Of a stretch of DNA of 64,000 nucleotides, positions 9,042 to 18,186 are shown piece by piece (within the stretch, counting starts at the first letter, position 1; each line of letters begins with the position of its first letter). Position numbers and translations under genes: made by a program. The stretch lies in IMG/VR virus record IMGVR_UViG_3300028048_000042. One strand, 5' to 3'. The stretch is from a virus. Its lineage: Duplodnaviria > Caudoviricetes. Under the pieces are notes generated by a model. That model had not been told where the DNA came from. It saw nothing but the letters and a program-made list of their open reading frames with translations, and searched no databases.

Positions 9042-10754
9042 ATGAAGAAGTTAATCGCCAAACTTGCTACCTTGCCACAATATAGTAAAAATGATAACTT
9101 TACTATGGCCTTGGTAGATTATTTATATAATGAATTAAAATTAAATGGTATTAGTGCAAGACGAGAAAAATCTTATGTAAAAGTTGCACTCAGCAATAAA
9201 TATGAAGGTAAATTTGAGCATATTATTATCGACTGTTGTGATGGTAGAATGTATTTACGTGGAAAAGATTGTAAAGATAAGCGTTGGGGAAAACTAAGCA
9301 AATTTAATCTCAAACGTAAATCTGATGCTTATGTTTGCGCAAATTACAATGCTCGTAGAATTATTAATCGAATTAAAAAGTTAGAAGATAAAATGATGGA
9401 GAAGGTCGAAATGATTCAAAAAGAAAAATTTTCACTTGCATCATCTACAAGCATTGATGATGAAGTGAATTATTATTTGTGTGATTTAGATAAAGATATT
9501 AATGAAACTGAAAAAGAACCTGTTGAGGTTGATATTATTGATTCAGACAATGATGAAATCATTGATTTAGATGCTGAAGATGAAATTATCGAATTAGATG
9601 ATGATACAGAAGCATATCCTTATTATGAATTAGATGAAAATGATGTAGTTGAAGAATATCCAATCTATGACCTCGATGATTACGATGGGGAAATCGAAGC
9701 ATATATTTTTGTCGAACCAATGGAAAAAGAGGTTATGGATGAACTTGTTCATGATTTGATGGAAGGTAACTATATTGAATTAAGTGACGAAGATGTAGTA
9801 GATGTTTATCCTTATTATGATTTGGAAGATGATGACGAAGTAGAAGCATATCCATATTATGAGTTAGACGAAAATGATGTGGATGAAGCATATACATTTG
9901 ATAACTTGTCAGAAGAAGAACAAACTGAATTACTTCATGATATGCTTGATGAAAATTATATTGACATCAAAACTGCATCAGATGAAGATAAACCATTGGA
10001 TAAATTAATGGCTCAAAAAGATGCAATTTTTGATGAATATTTTAAGAATTTTTTTCAGTCTCAGGAATTAACTAATTTTATTCAGAAACAACCACTTACT
10101 TATACAATGAGCCTTGGTGTTGAAGATTTAGTTCATGATGTAAAAGATAACTATCGTAAAGACATTGCTGATTTCGTTAAAAATAAATTGAATATTTCTG
10201 TGGACGATACAAATTTTGACAAAGACATATATGATGTTTTTAGTGATTATGTTTTCTCCAATGAGAAGAAACTTTTTGATAAATTAATCGTTACATTAAA
10301 GAACGTAGCAGGTAAAATGTTAGATGATTTTTCAAAGCAACTTGAAAATAATGATGACCAAGTTGGTAGAAAAATTGATATGGGTAATGGAGTAATTGAT
10401 ACCGTTGATATTATTAACCGTTCAAAACCATTTTTGTTTTTGGACGGAGAAGTTCATGTTGGGAAAAATAATCAGACACATTCTGATATTTTAAGAGAAC
10501 TCAACAAAACAGATAAAGAAGGTATGAGAAGACCTACAATGAATGATTTTCCTGATGATGCTGCAGTAGCATTTGGTCATATTTCAGGTAAAATTGGATT
10601 TTTGGATGGTTATACAAAAAACTGTTCAGATGAAGAAGTTGCTAAAGCTGTTGTACAATCAGGCGTTGTAAGCAAAGTTTATACTACACCTGACGGTGGT
10701 AAATATATAACAAGATTAGCAAATAATAAATTGGCTTGGATTCTTGGAGAGTGA
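9042..10754 (+). CDS. multidomain putative internal head protein (MKKL leader, acidic YPYY repeats, conserved THS/AFGH domain)
   Basis: 570 aa ORF; C-terminal domain paralogous to 42754, 51403 and 42337. Confidence 0.6.
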   Translation: MKKLIAKLATLPQYSKNDNFTMALVDYLYNELKLNGISARREKSYVKVALSNKYEGKFEHIIIDCCDGRMYLRGKDCKDKRWGKLSKFNLKRKSDAYVCANYNARRIINRIKKLEDKMMEKVEMIQKEKFSLASSTSIDDEVNYYLCDLDKDINETEKEPVEVDIIDSDNDEIIDLDAEDEIIELDDDTEAYPYYELDENDVVEEYPIYDLDDYDGEIEAYIFVEPMEKEVMDELVHDLMEGNYIELSDEDVVDVYPYYDLEDDDEVEAYPYYELDENDVDEAYTFDNLSEEEQTELLHDMLDENYIDIKTASDEDKPLDKLMAQKDAIFDEYFKNFFQSQELTNFIQKQPLTYTMSLGVEDLVHDVKDNYRKDIADFVKNKLNISVDDTNFDKDIYDVFSDYVFSNEKKLFDKLIVTLKNVAGKMLDDFSKQLENNDDQVGRKIDMGNGVIDTVDIINRSKPFLFLDGEVHVGKNNQTHSDILRELNKTDKEGMRRPTMNDFPDDAAVAFGHISGKIGFLDGYTKNCSDEEVAKAVVQSGVVSKVYTTPDGGKYITRLANNKLAWILGE

Positions 10755-10758
10755 GAAG

Positions 10759-11847
10759 ATGCTTTTAAATTCAGATAAATATTTTAAATCTCAAAAAATT
10801 CTTGATATGTTTAAAGTATCACAGTTGGATGTTCCTGATATGACAGTTCATGTAAATAGTGGTACGATTATTTATAACAATCAGGTAATTAATTTTAGCG
10901 AACAAGATAGTGAATATATTGAAGCTCCTAGAATCGGAACATGGCTTGTGGTTCTTTCTATTAATACAAAAGGACAATTGGTTTACACATATGGAGTTCA
11001 GTCTACGGAAGATAAGCAAATTCCTGTTTTGCCTGAAGATTGTTTCCATCTTTGTATTATTGAAGTTGGCGCAGATACAATGCAGATTACTAATGATATG
11101 ATTAGTGATATGCGAAATATGTATCATTTTAGTTCCACACAAGAGCAAAAATGTGTATATAAATGTGGTCTTGAAAGTGATTATTCTTTCACTGAAGAAG
11201 ACCGAAAAATGCTTAAATCTTTCTATGATAAATATGAAGACCTTCAGGCTCAAATTGATAAAATGAAACTGTTATTCAATCCTAAGAAGGAATATACAGT
11301 AATTACTGATAGCGGTCTTGAATATAAGATTCGTTTTAAAGATGATGGTACTCCATATTTTAGCAGAAATGATGCTTTTGATGATATTGACGATAACCCT
11401 GAAGAAAAGCATAAGAATTATAAATTTACATATAATAATGAAAAAATTACTGTTGTTATGGACAATCCTGAACAGTATTTGCAGTTACCTGTTAAAATTA
11501 AATCTTTTGACAATTTAAATGATGCATTGAATGTTACATTATTTGTTCGTTGTAAAGACGCAACTATTTATAGTCCAAATTTTGAACCACATTATCAGGA
11601 AGATGAATTCCAAATCAAAAATCTTGATTTGGCAAAAAGTGGGTTTTTTGAAAAATTCTCTGTAAAATTCCACGGCAGTGGAAATCATGATGTACAGTTG
11701 CTTTTGTATGATGCTGAAACAAAACAATTAATTGATAAAGCTAGTATTAGTTATGCAGTAGAATTTACTGACGAAGATTCAGAAGAAATTGGTGAAAATA
11801 CATATTCTAAAAGTTCTTCTAGGTCTTCAGGGAAAATCCATTTTTAA
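10759..11847 (+). CDS. putative fibre/appendage protein, paralog of 35334
   Basis: N-terminal approx 110 aa aligns with 35334 (PxMTVxVNxG...WxVVxxxNxxGxL...ITxDMIxDxR). Confidence 0.6.
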   Translation: MLLNSDKYFKSQKILDMFKVSQLDVPDMTVHVNSGTIIYNNQVINFSEQDSEYIEAPRIGTWLVVLSINTKGQLVYTYGVQSTEDKQIPVLPEDCFHLCIIEVGADTMQITNDMISDMRNMYHFSSTQEQKCVYKCGLESDYSFTEEDRKMLKSFYDKYEDLQAQIDKMKLLFNPKKEYTVITDSGLEYKIRFKDDGTPYFSRNDAFDDIDDNPEEKHKNYKFTYNNEKITVVMDNPEQYLQLPVKIKSFDNLNDALNVTLFVRCKDATIYSPNFEPHYQEDEFQIKNLDLAKSGFFEKFSVKFHGSGNHDVQLLLYDAETKQLIDKASISYAVEFTDEDSEEIGENTYSKSSSRSSGKIHF

Positions 11848-11854
11848 AAATATA

Positions 11855-11883
11855 TTGACAAAATAATCATGTTGTGATATAAT
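11855..11883 (+). promoter_or_regulatory. sigmaA consensus promoter
   Basis: TTGACA-17-TATAAT with extended TG. Confidence 0.85.
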
Positions 11884-11920
11884 AAAATCACAATACAGTA
11901 GTGAAAGGAAAGAAAATACA

Positions 11921-12382
11921 ATGAATATTATTGAAAAACGAATTAAGAAAGTTGCTTCCGTAGAAGGTTTTTTGAGTGGTATGAAAGAAGAGTATTCTAA
12001 TTATAATTGGGAACAGCTTGATAGCAACAACGTTGGCTTTTCTGTTTCTTATACAGGCGATGCTAATGGAGTTACTGATAAAAACGTAGCTTTGGTTATT
12101 GGCTTTGGCTTTCAGCCTGAAGACGAGCAGGAAGCGGTTGATGATGAAAATGTTCGTTTGACAATCATTGCAAAGACTTATATTGATAATGTTTTGAAAA
12201 ATACTGCTATTGAAAAAGAACTGAATGGAGTTAATGTAAAAAACATTATGACTCGTATTGAGAATTATATCACATCTGTGAATAGTGGTTGGTATAATCT
12301 CAACTTCCTTACAAAAACTGCAGCTTTTGTGAAAGAACAGTTCGGTGATGACTATACAAAGATTACATTTGCTCAGAAGTAA
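11921..12382 (+). CDS. hypothetical protein with KRIKKVAS leader
   Basis: aagga SD, 153 aa, followed by terminator. Confidence 0.7.
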   Translation: MNIIEKRIKKVASVEGFLSGMKEEYSNYNWEQLDSNNVGFSVSYTGDANGVTDKNVALVIGFGFQPEDEQEAVDDENVRLTIIAKTYIDNVLKNTAIEKELNGVNVKNIMTRIENYITSVNSGWYNLNFLTKTAAFVKEQFGDDYTKITFAQK

Positions 12383-12444
12383 AACTTTTTGAAATATTCA
12401 GAAAAAAGAATCTCAAAAATACGAGATTCTTTTTCTTTTTTGTG

Positions 12445-12473
12445 TTGACAAAATACGAAAGGTATAGTATTCT
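12445..12473 (+). promoter_or_regulatory. sigmaA-type promoter
   Basis: TTGACA-17-TATTCT. Confidence 0.65.
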
Positions 12474-12550
12474 GTATTTATTAAACTACTATATATACAC
12501 AAAAAACCATATATAAAACACACATATATAAAAAGGAGAGTATTGGGAAA

Positions 12551-12916
12551 ATGGAATTTTATGAAGGTGAAGAAGTAGCATTGTTTGCTGTATATTTTTC
12601 AGAAAAAGACCAACAGTGTAAATACAAATCAATAGAAGCAACAGTAATCACATTTAATAATCAATTATATTTGGAATTCCGACAGAGCTTTACAGAAACA
12701 ATTACAGGTATTTATGTATCTGAATTAAATAAAGTAGTTAGCGATGAAAAAGTAGATGTAGTGTTCTGTAATCAAGTTTTTAAAGAAGTGCTTAAATCTC
12801 AATATGAATTATCGTATAAAGTAGTGAATGAAATTAACAAATTGAAAAATAAAATTGCAGAGCTAGGTGAATTGGAAGCGAGAATTTTAATGAAATCTGC
12901 AACTGAAGAAAAGTGA
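12551..12916 (+). CDS. hypothetical protein
   Basis: aaggag SD, 121 aa. Confidence 0.65.
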   Translation: MEFYEGEEVALFAVYFSEKDQQCKYKSIEATVITFNNQLYLEFRQSFTETITGIYVSELNKVVSDEKVDVVFCNQVFKEVLKSQYELSYKVVNEINKLKNKIAELGELEARILMKSATEEK

Positions 12917-12995
12917 GAATAACAAAAAAGAGGTGCATCTTGAAAACGTACTACACCTCTTTTTTGTTAAATATGAATATTTTTTTAAAAAACTG

Positions 12996-13024
12996 TTGAC
13001 AAATCTTTATATATGTGTAATAAT
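12996..13024 (+). promoter_or_regulatory. sigmaA-type promoter
   Basis: TTGACA-17-AATAAT with extended TG. Confidence 0.65.
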
Positions 13025-13075
13025 ATAATCAAACGAAATCAAGATAAAACTTATAAAAAAAGGAGATTGTATAAA

Positions 13076-13882
13076 ATGTTGACGAAGGTAGCAGAAAAGA
13101 GATTTGCAAACGGTGTTGTATATGCATTGAGAACGGAAGATGGGTATCTGATTGAAACCACTGATACTTTCCTTCCTTACTATACTAAGGATGCTATTGG
13201 GAGAAAGCAGAATTTCCTTAATAACAAGGATTTGGGTTCGCGTAAAGAGCGTTGGATGATTGGAGTTTCAACCATGAGTGGCTGTTGTGTTGGTTGCCAA
13301 TTCTGCGCCACTGGTAATATGAAGAAATTCCGCAATTTGACGGCTGATGAAATTGTAGAACAGGTAGAGTTCATTATCGGCACTCACAATACCCCTGAGA
13401 CTCGTCAGAATCCCTCAGAATCGCTTGAATTTAAGATTAACTATACTCGTATGGGTGAACCGTTCCTCAACATTCAGAACGTGCGAGAAGCGATTACACG
13501 GCTTGATAAAGAATTGTCTGATACCAAAATCCACCATTATATCTCTACGATTGGAATTAAAGGTAGTGATTTTTCTTGGATTAAAGACAATATCACGTTG
13601 CAGATTTCTTTGCATAGCCTTGATGATGAACGTAGAAACAATTTGATTCCTATTAAAGGGAAAATGACAATTGAAGAGCTTGGTCAGATTCGTACCAAAT
13701 CTAATTTGAAAACAACTATCAATATGACATTGGTAGATGAAAAAGATTTTGACATTGATAAAATGAAGAAGTATTTTGACCCCAAATATTTCTTTGTAAA
13801 ACTGTCACCTATCAACGAAAACAATATTTCAAAGAAAAATCATATGGGGAAAGGAATCATTGAAGGGGTGAATATTGTTTGA
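13076..13882 (+). CDS. RlmN/Cfr-like radical SAM enzyme, N-terminal (large) part lacking the C-terminal AACGQL segment
   Basis: VSTMSGCCVGCQFCATG, RNLTADEIVEQ, MGEP, IST.G and ISLH motifs; start at ATG 13076 after aaggag SD. Confidence 0.85.
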   Translation: MLTKVAEKRFANGVVYALRTEDGYLIETTDTFLPYYTKDAIGRKQNFLNNKDLGSRKERWMIGVSTMSGCCVGCQFCATGNMKKFRNLTADEIVEQVEFIIGTHNTPETRQNPSESLEFKINYTRMGEPFLNIQNVREAITRLDKELSDTKIHHYISTIGIKGSDFSWIKDNITLQISLHSLDDERRNNLIPIKGKMTIEELGQIRTKSNLKTTINMTLVDEKDFDIDKMKKYFDPKYFFVKLSPINENNISKKNHMGKGIIEGVNIV

Positions 13883-14331
13883 CACCAAGAGAATTAAGAC
13901 AATTTGAGGAATTAAAAGCAGTTTATGATATTTTTTGTGGTGCGCACAAAAATGAAGAAGATACGGAAGAAGAAGATATGGATGATTTAGAAAAAGAATT
14001 AGAAGAGTTTTTTGACAATATGTATATACCTAAAGATAAAGATATGGAGGAAGAAGAAATGAGAACACCTAATGATGATTTTGATATGGACGATTTGATT
14101 ACAGGTGATGGAACGTCAAAATATGTAGTGGATTTGAAGGATGTGCTTGATTTTTATGATTTCCGAAAATCCAAAGGTTCAAATGTAACATCTCGTGATT
14201 GTTTGAAAATTTCCAACCAAGAGCTTGTACAGAATTTTGTTAAATTGACACGAAGAATGAGTCAGGAATATGGTAATGATAAAGAAGGATTTTTGAACGA
14301 CATCAAACGTGTAATTGAAATGGAAGGATGA
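13879..14331 (+). CDS. acidic hypothetical protein
   Basis: 150 aa ORF overlapping neighbours by 4 nt. Confidence 0.6.
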   Translation: MTPRELRQFEELKAVYDIFCGAHKNEEDTEEEDMDDLEKELEEFFDNMYIPKDKDMEEEEMRTPNDDFDMDDLITGDGTSKYVVDLKDVLDFYDFRKSKGSNVTSRDCLKISNQELVQNFVKLTRRMSQEYGNDKEGFLNDIKRVIEMEG

Positions 14332-14744
14332 CAAAAATGACTCTGAACGATGAATTTAAGAGTATTACTGCTAATCGAGCAAAAGAAAAAAAAGAATTGG
14401 ATTTTATTCTTGACTACATTGAATTTAAGACAAGTAAAGGGAATCATTGTACGCTTGGAGATTTTAAAATGAACCCCAATTTTAATCAAGAAACATTGCA
14501 ACTCGTGGCACAGGGAGCACGGCTTTTGCAGTTGCTTGGTGATGATTGGAAAGAAAAAATGGAAATGTTAAAAAATGTTAATACGCAGGGCGTTTGTGAT
14601 GGTTCAAGTGCAGGTTGTTTTGTAAGAAAACGTACTTCAGGCGGTGATGGCTGTCATGGTGGTTCAACGTATCTTGTGTGTGATAATGCAAAATATTGTG
14701 ATAAGAAAAATTGTGCTCTTAAACGGCGTGTAGAGGTGTATTAA
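14328..14744 (+). CDS. hypothetical protein with Cys/Gly-rich C-terminus
   Basis: CDGSSAGC...GGDGCHGG...CDNAKYCDKKNC. Confidence 0.65.
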   Translation: MTKMTLNDEFKSITANRAKEKKELDFILDYIEFKTSKGNHCTLGDFKMNPNFNQETLQLVAQGARLLQLLGDDWKEKMEMLKNVNTQGVCDGSSAGCFVRKRTSGGDGCHGGSTYLVCDNAKYCDKKNCALKRRVEVY

Positions 14745-14746
14745 TC

Positions 14747-15613
14747 ATGATTAAATTGGCTAAGTATTATTGTTCATTGAATGATGAAGAGCCGAAACGA
14801 ATAAAAGAACCGCAGATAAATGTATATGTACGTTTGCAGAATGTTTGCAATGCAGATTGCGACTTCTGCGAATTCTGTGGTCAGGCGAAAAAATTTGATG
14901 AAGAAAAATTCAAAGCCCTTTTAATTAAACTACATACTACCATCAAAATTAACAAATTATCATTTACAGGTGGAGAACCGACATTAGATTTTCCCTTATT
15001 CAAAAGGATGCTAAATTTTGTTAATGAATTAGACAAAGATATATTTACAGTAGTAAATACGAATGGTCTTCATCTAAAAGAATTAGCAGAGCTAGATATA
15101 AATAGTGTAGCTTTGTCGAGACATCATTATAATGATGAATTAAATCAATCTGTATTCAAAACGAAAGTGCCAACGAGTGAAGATATACGTTTATATAACA
15201 AAAAGAATACCAATTTACATTTATCGTGCAATTTGGTAAAAGATTATATAGACAGTCAAGAAGAAGTGTTAAACTATCTTGATTGGTGTGATAGTGTAAA
15301 TGCAAGGGATATAGGATTTGTAGGGTTGATGAAAACCAACGATTTTTGCAAAGAGCACTATATAGACTACAGTGTAGTAACAAAAAACCATAAACGAATT
15401 TGGAATAGTAAAACGTATAGTCGTCACGAAGGGAAAAATTTAATTTGTCGTTGTGGCAATTACGTATTCATGGGAGAAAATGGATTAGTTAATTTTTATT
15501 GTCGGCATTATATGTGCAATAACAACAGTGAAAGCACATTGGTGTATGACATTGATGAATTCAAGAATGGGTTTACAGGAGAGAACGTAGATGGTTGGAT
15601 TGTAAGCAGGTGA
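14747..15613 (+). CDS. radical SAM protein
   Basis: CNADCDFC, TGGEP and NTNG motifs. Confidence 0.9.
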   Translation: MIKLAKYYCSLNDEEPKRIKEPQINVYVRLQNVCNADCDFCEFCGQAKKFDEEKFKALLIKLHTTIKINKLSFTGGEPTLDFPLFKRMLNFVNELDKDIFTVVNTNGLHLKELAELDINSVALSRHHYNDELNQSVFKTKVPTSEDIRLYNKKNTNLHLSCNLVKDYIDSQEEVLNYLDWCDSVNARDIGFVGLMKTNDFCKEHYIDYSVVTKNHKRIWNSKTYSRHEGKNLICRCGNYVFMGENGLVNFYCRHYMCNNNSESTLVYDIDEFKNGFTGENVDGWIVSR

Positions 15614-15786
15614 AGAAAATGAATATTAATGAAGAAGCTATTTCAAAGGAATACTATGTAGTTTTGAATGAGAAAAAAGAAATGGTCGAAAGCTATGTAA
15701 GTAGGAGTTCAGCAGAAGCTAGGGCAAAGTTTTTAAGCAAAGAAACAGGCAAAGAATATAGTTGTGCTGTTATGAGATATGAATGA
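15595..15786 (+). CDS. hypothetical protein
   Basis: short ORF in operon; true start probably MNINEE. Confidence 0.55.
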   Translation: MDCKQVKKMNINEEAISKEYYVVLNEKKEMVESYVSRSSAEARAKFLSKETGKEYSCAVMRYE

Positions 15787-15795
15787 GGAAACAAA

Positions 15796-16515
15796 ATGTC
15801 AAGAACTGTAAAATTCAAAGAATATAAAAGCAAGGATTCTAATGGAAAGATTGAAATTAAAAAGGTTGCATATTTCAGTGCCACATCAAGAGCAAGGAAT
15901 ATATTTGGCAGTGATATTGTAAAAGAAGCAATAATAGTAGTGGATGAATATGATGAAAGTGTTGGTAGTGAAGAAGAATGGAAAGAATGTGTAAAATCGA
16001 GTAAATATAATATTGGTAATAGAGAAGTTATGAATTTGACTAATAACGTTGTTTATGTAACGTTTAATAATGGAGAGACAGTTAGATTTTATGCTTCTGA
16101 CTTGGGAAGTATAAAAAAGACGGATGAAATTAAGGAAGAAGGGGAGGATATGAATAGAGGATTTAGTGTTTGCATTTTAGGTAGTGACAAAGGATGGGGA
16201 AAGAAATTCATGGATTTATGTGATAAACTTTCCATTCCAAGTGAAGCAACCAAAGAAGATTTCATTAATGCAGGCTTTAAGAATTTAGATGACGTTGTAT
16301 TTACATTTTTTCGTGCATTGCATTTGAAGGATAAATATCCTGTTAGCTTGACGATTAGAGCTGTGCAGAAGAATAAAAAAACGATTGTATTGACAGACAT
16401 TGATGTGTTGGATGAAAACTTTTTGCAACCACATTTTATAGATGAACAAATTTATCAGCAGTGTGAAGAATATTTCCGTATGCTAAAAAACAAAAATGTT
16501 TTATCAATTGATTAA
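15796..16515 (+). CDS. hypothetical protein
   Basis: gagga SD, 239 aa; internal SD plus in-frame ATG near 16150. Confidence 0.6.
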   Translation: MSRTVKFKEYKSKDSNGKIEIKKVAYFSATSRARNIFGSDIVKEAIIVVDEYDESVGSEEEWKECVKSSKYNIGNREVMNLTNNVVYVTFNNGETVRFYASDLGSIKKTDEIKEEGEDMNRGFSVCILGSDKGWGKKFMDLCDKLSIPSEATKEDFINAGFKNLDDVVFTFFRALHLKDKYPVSLTIRAVQKNKKTIVLTDIDVLDENFLQPHFIDEQIYQQCEEYFRMLKNKNVLSID

Positions 16516-16523
16516 AAAAATTG

Positions 16524-16552
16524 TTGACAAATCCTTTCTTTTGTGAGATAAT
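16524..16552 (+). promoter_or_regulatory. sigmaA-type promoter
   Basis: TTGACA-17-GATAAT with extended TG. Confidence 0.7.
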
Positions 16553-16580
16553 ATGATTAAAGGAAGGGGAGCGTGAAAAT

Positions 16581-17093
16581 ATGGAATTTGATGTAAAATT
16601 CAAATATAAATGTGGTGAGTATTACAATAAAAAAGACCCCACGAAGAAGATAACTTTGCTTAAAAGAAGATTAATTCCTTGTGAATCAAGAGGTGTATAT
16701 GGCAAAAATTATTTGATTGAAAGAGATGATAGAACGAGAGATTACATCAAAGAGAATGATTTACCGATAGAAGAATATGGTATTGAAGAAGACAATACAA
16801 ATAACTGTTTAACGATTAATAGCAAATATGAAATTGGTCAAAACATAAATTTGTATAAACGACTTTCAGGTACAAACATTAAAGTTAAGATTGTAGATAT
16901 ACAAGTTAAGGTTACGGATATACGGTTAAAAAACAAAAGTGAAAATTTTGTTTTTTGTGATTATCTTATTGACAACCCTGATACAGAGCAAAGATTATGG
17001 ATGAATTTAGAGGATGACTTGTATGAAAAGGAAATTATTACAAACAAAAGAAAAAAATCTTTAAAAGGATTTTTTAAAAAATTTTTTAAATAA
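16581..17093 (+). CDS. hypothetical protein
   Basis: SD present, 170 aa. Confidence 0.65.
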   Translation: MEFDVKFKYKCGEYYNKKDPTKKITLLKRRLIPCESRGVYGKNYLIERDDRTRDYIKENDLPIEEYGIEEDNTNNCLTINSKYEIGQNINLYKRLSGTNIKVKIVDIQVKVTDIRLKNKSENFVFCDYLIDNPDTEQRLWMNLEDDLYEKEIITNKRKKSLKGFFKKFFK

Positions 17094-17122
17094 TTGACAT
17101 TCATATGATTTCATGATATAAT
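17094..17122 (+). promoter_or_regulatory. sigmaA consensus promoter of the 42-aa AACGQL gene
   Basis: TTGACA-17-TATAAT with extended TG. Confidence 0.85.
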
Positions 17123-17154
17123 GAATATATAAAACAAAAAATGAGGTGGATAAA

Positions 17155-17283
17155 ATGGAAAATATTAAAAAGCAGTTGGAAGAAAATGGGTATGATTATG
17201 CGGTAGCAATTGCTACGGAAGCTGAAATTAAGAATGGAGCTGCTTGTGGTCAGCTTGCCATTATTGTTGAAAACGAAGAATAA
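17155..17283 (+). CDS. 42-aa protein equivalent to the C-terminal catalytic-Cys segment of RlmN/Cfr (not in ORF track)
   Basis: MENIKKQLEENGYDYAVAIATEAEIKNGAACGQLAIIVENEE; gaggtg SD; own promoter and terminator. Confidence 0.8.
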   Translation: MENIKKQLEENGYDYAVAIATEAEIKNGAACGQLAIIVENEE

Positions 17284-17288
17284 TTCAA

Positions 17289-17334
17289 AAAAAACCCAAT
17301 CAATTAAAATACATTCTTAATTGATTGGGTTTTT
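17289..17334 (+). terminator. intrinsic terminator
   Basis: aaaaacccaatcaattaa-loop-ttaattgattgggttttt. Confidence 0.85.
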
Positions 17335-17358
17335 ACATATGGATTGGGGGTATAAAAA

Positions 17359-17628
17359 ATGCCTACAGAATATGTACAAGAAACAGAAGATTATTTTGAA
17401 AGTTGTTTCAAATTTGTTGATAAGATAAATAAATTCAGCGTAAAATTATTTTATAACTGTGGAAATTCCAAATCAGGTAGATATAATGGTATGTTTGACA
17501 TTTATGTGGAAGATTGGAAAGTAAAATCTTTCAAAGGTTTTAATGAATATAAAATTGATAATTATGGAGTATATCGTTGGTTGACGAGAAGACAACGGAA
17601 CTTTGTTAGTAGAACGTTAGGAGTGTAA
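17359..17628 (+). CDS. hypothetical protein
   Basis: 89 aa ORF with G-rich SD. Confidence 0.6.
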   Translation: MPTEYVQETEDYFESCFKFVDKINKFSVKLFYNCGNSKSGRYNGMFDIYVEDWKVKSFKGFNEYKIDNYGVYRWLTRRQRNFVSRTLGV

Positions 17629-17630
17629 AA

Positions 17631-18128
17631 ATGAGTTATCGTACAAGTGTGAATGAAGTTCAAATTTTTGGTAATAATGAGTATTATCCTGAGTGGATTG
17701 AATTCATTAAATCACAGGGAATTGAAGTGAATGATGACGGTTGTTATGATGGAGAAATTACAGATGTAATGGGTGCATTGAAAACAATCGAAAAAATTGT
17801 TATGCAATTAGAAAAAGAACATCGAGAAGAAAAAGTTGATAAATGGGAAGACAATTATATAACTTCTGAAAATGGCGAACTATATAAAAGCCTTTTTAAT
17901 TTCTCTTACATTTATGATAAAGTGGTGGATAGCGAAGGGAAACGATATAGCAATCACTTAACTGATTTGTTAATTGAAATTAAAAATAATTCTTATGTAT
18001 TTATGCCTTTAGCGTTTTTGCAAGCATGTGGGGAAAATATTAAAAAAGGTCATATTTCAAGAACAGATGGAAGACTTTATACATATTCTTTAATTGATGG
18101 GAAAAAGATTAAAGTACATGCAGGATAA
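17631..18128 (+). CDS. hypothetical protein
   Basis: aggag SD, 165 aa. Confidence 0.65.
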   Translation: MSYRTSVNEVQIFGNNEYYPEWIEFIKSQGIEVNDDGCYDGEITDVMGALKTIEKIVMQLEKEHREEKVDKWEDNYITSENGELYKSLFNFSYIYDKVVDSEGKRYSNHLTDLLIEIKNNSYVFMPLAFLQACGENIKKGHISRTDGRLYTYSLIDGKKIKVHAG

Positions 18129-18186
18129 TTTAAATGAATCCTTCTTTATTTTCTATAATAAAAGTAGAAAATAAAGGAGGATTTTT

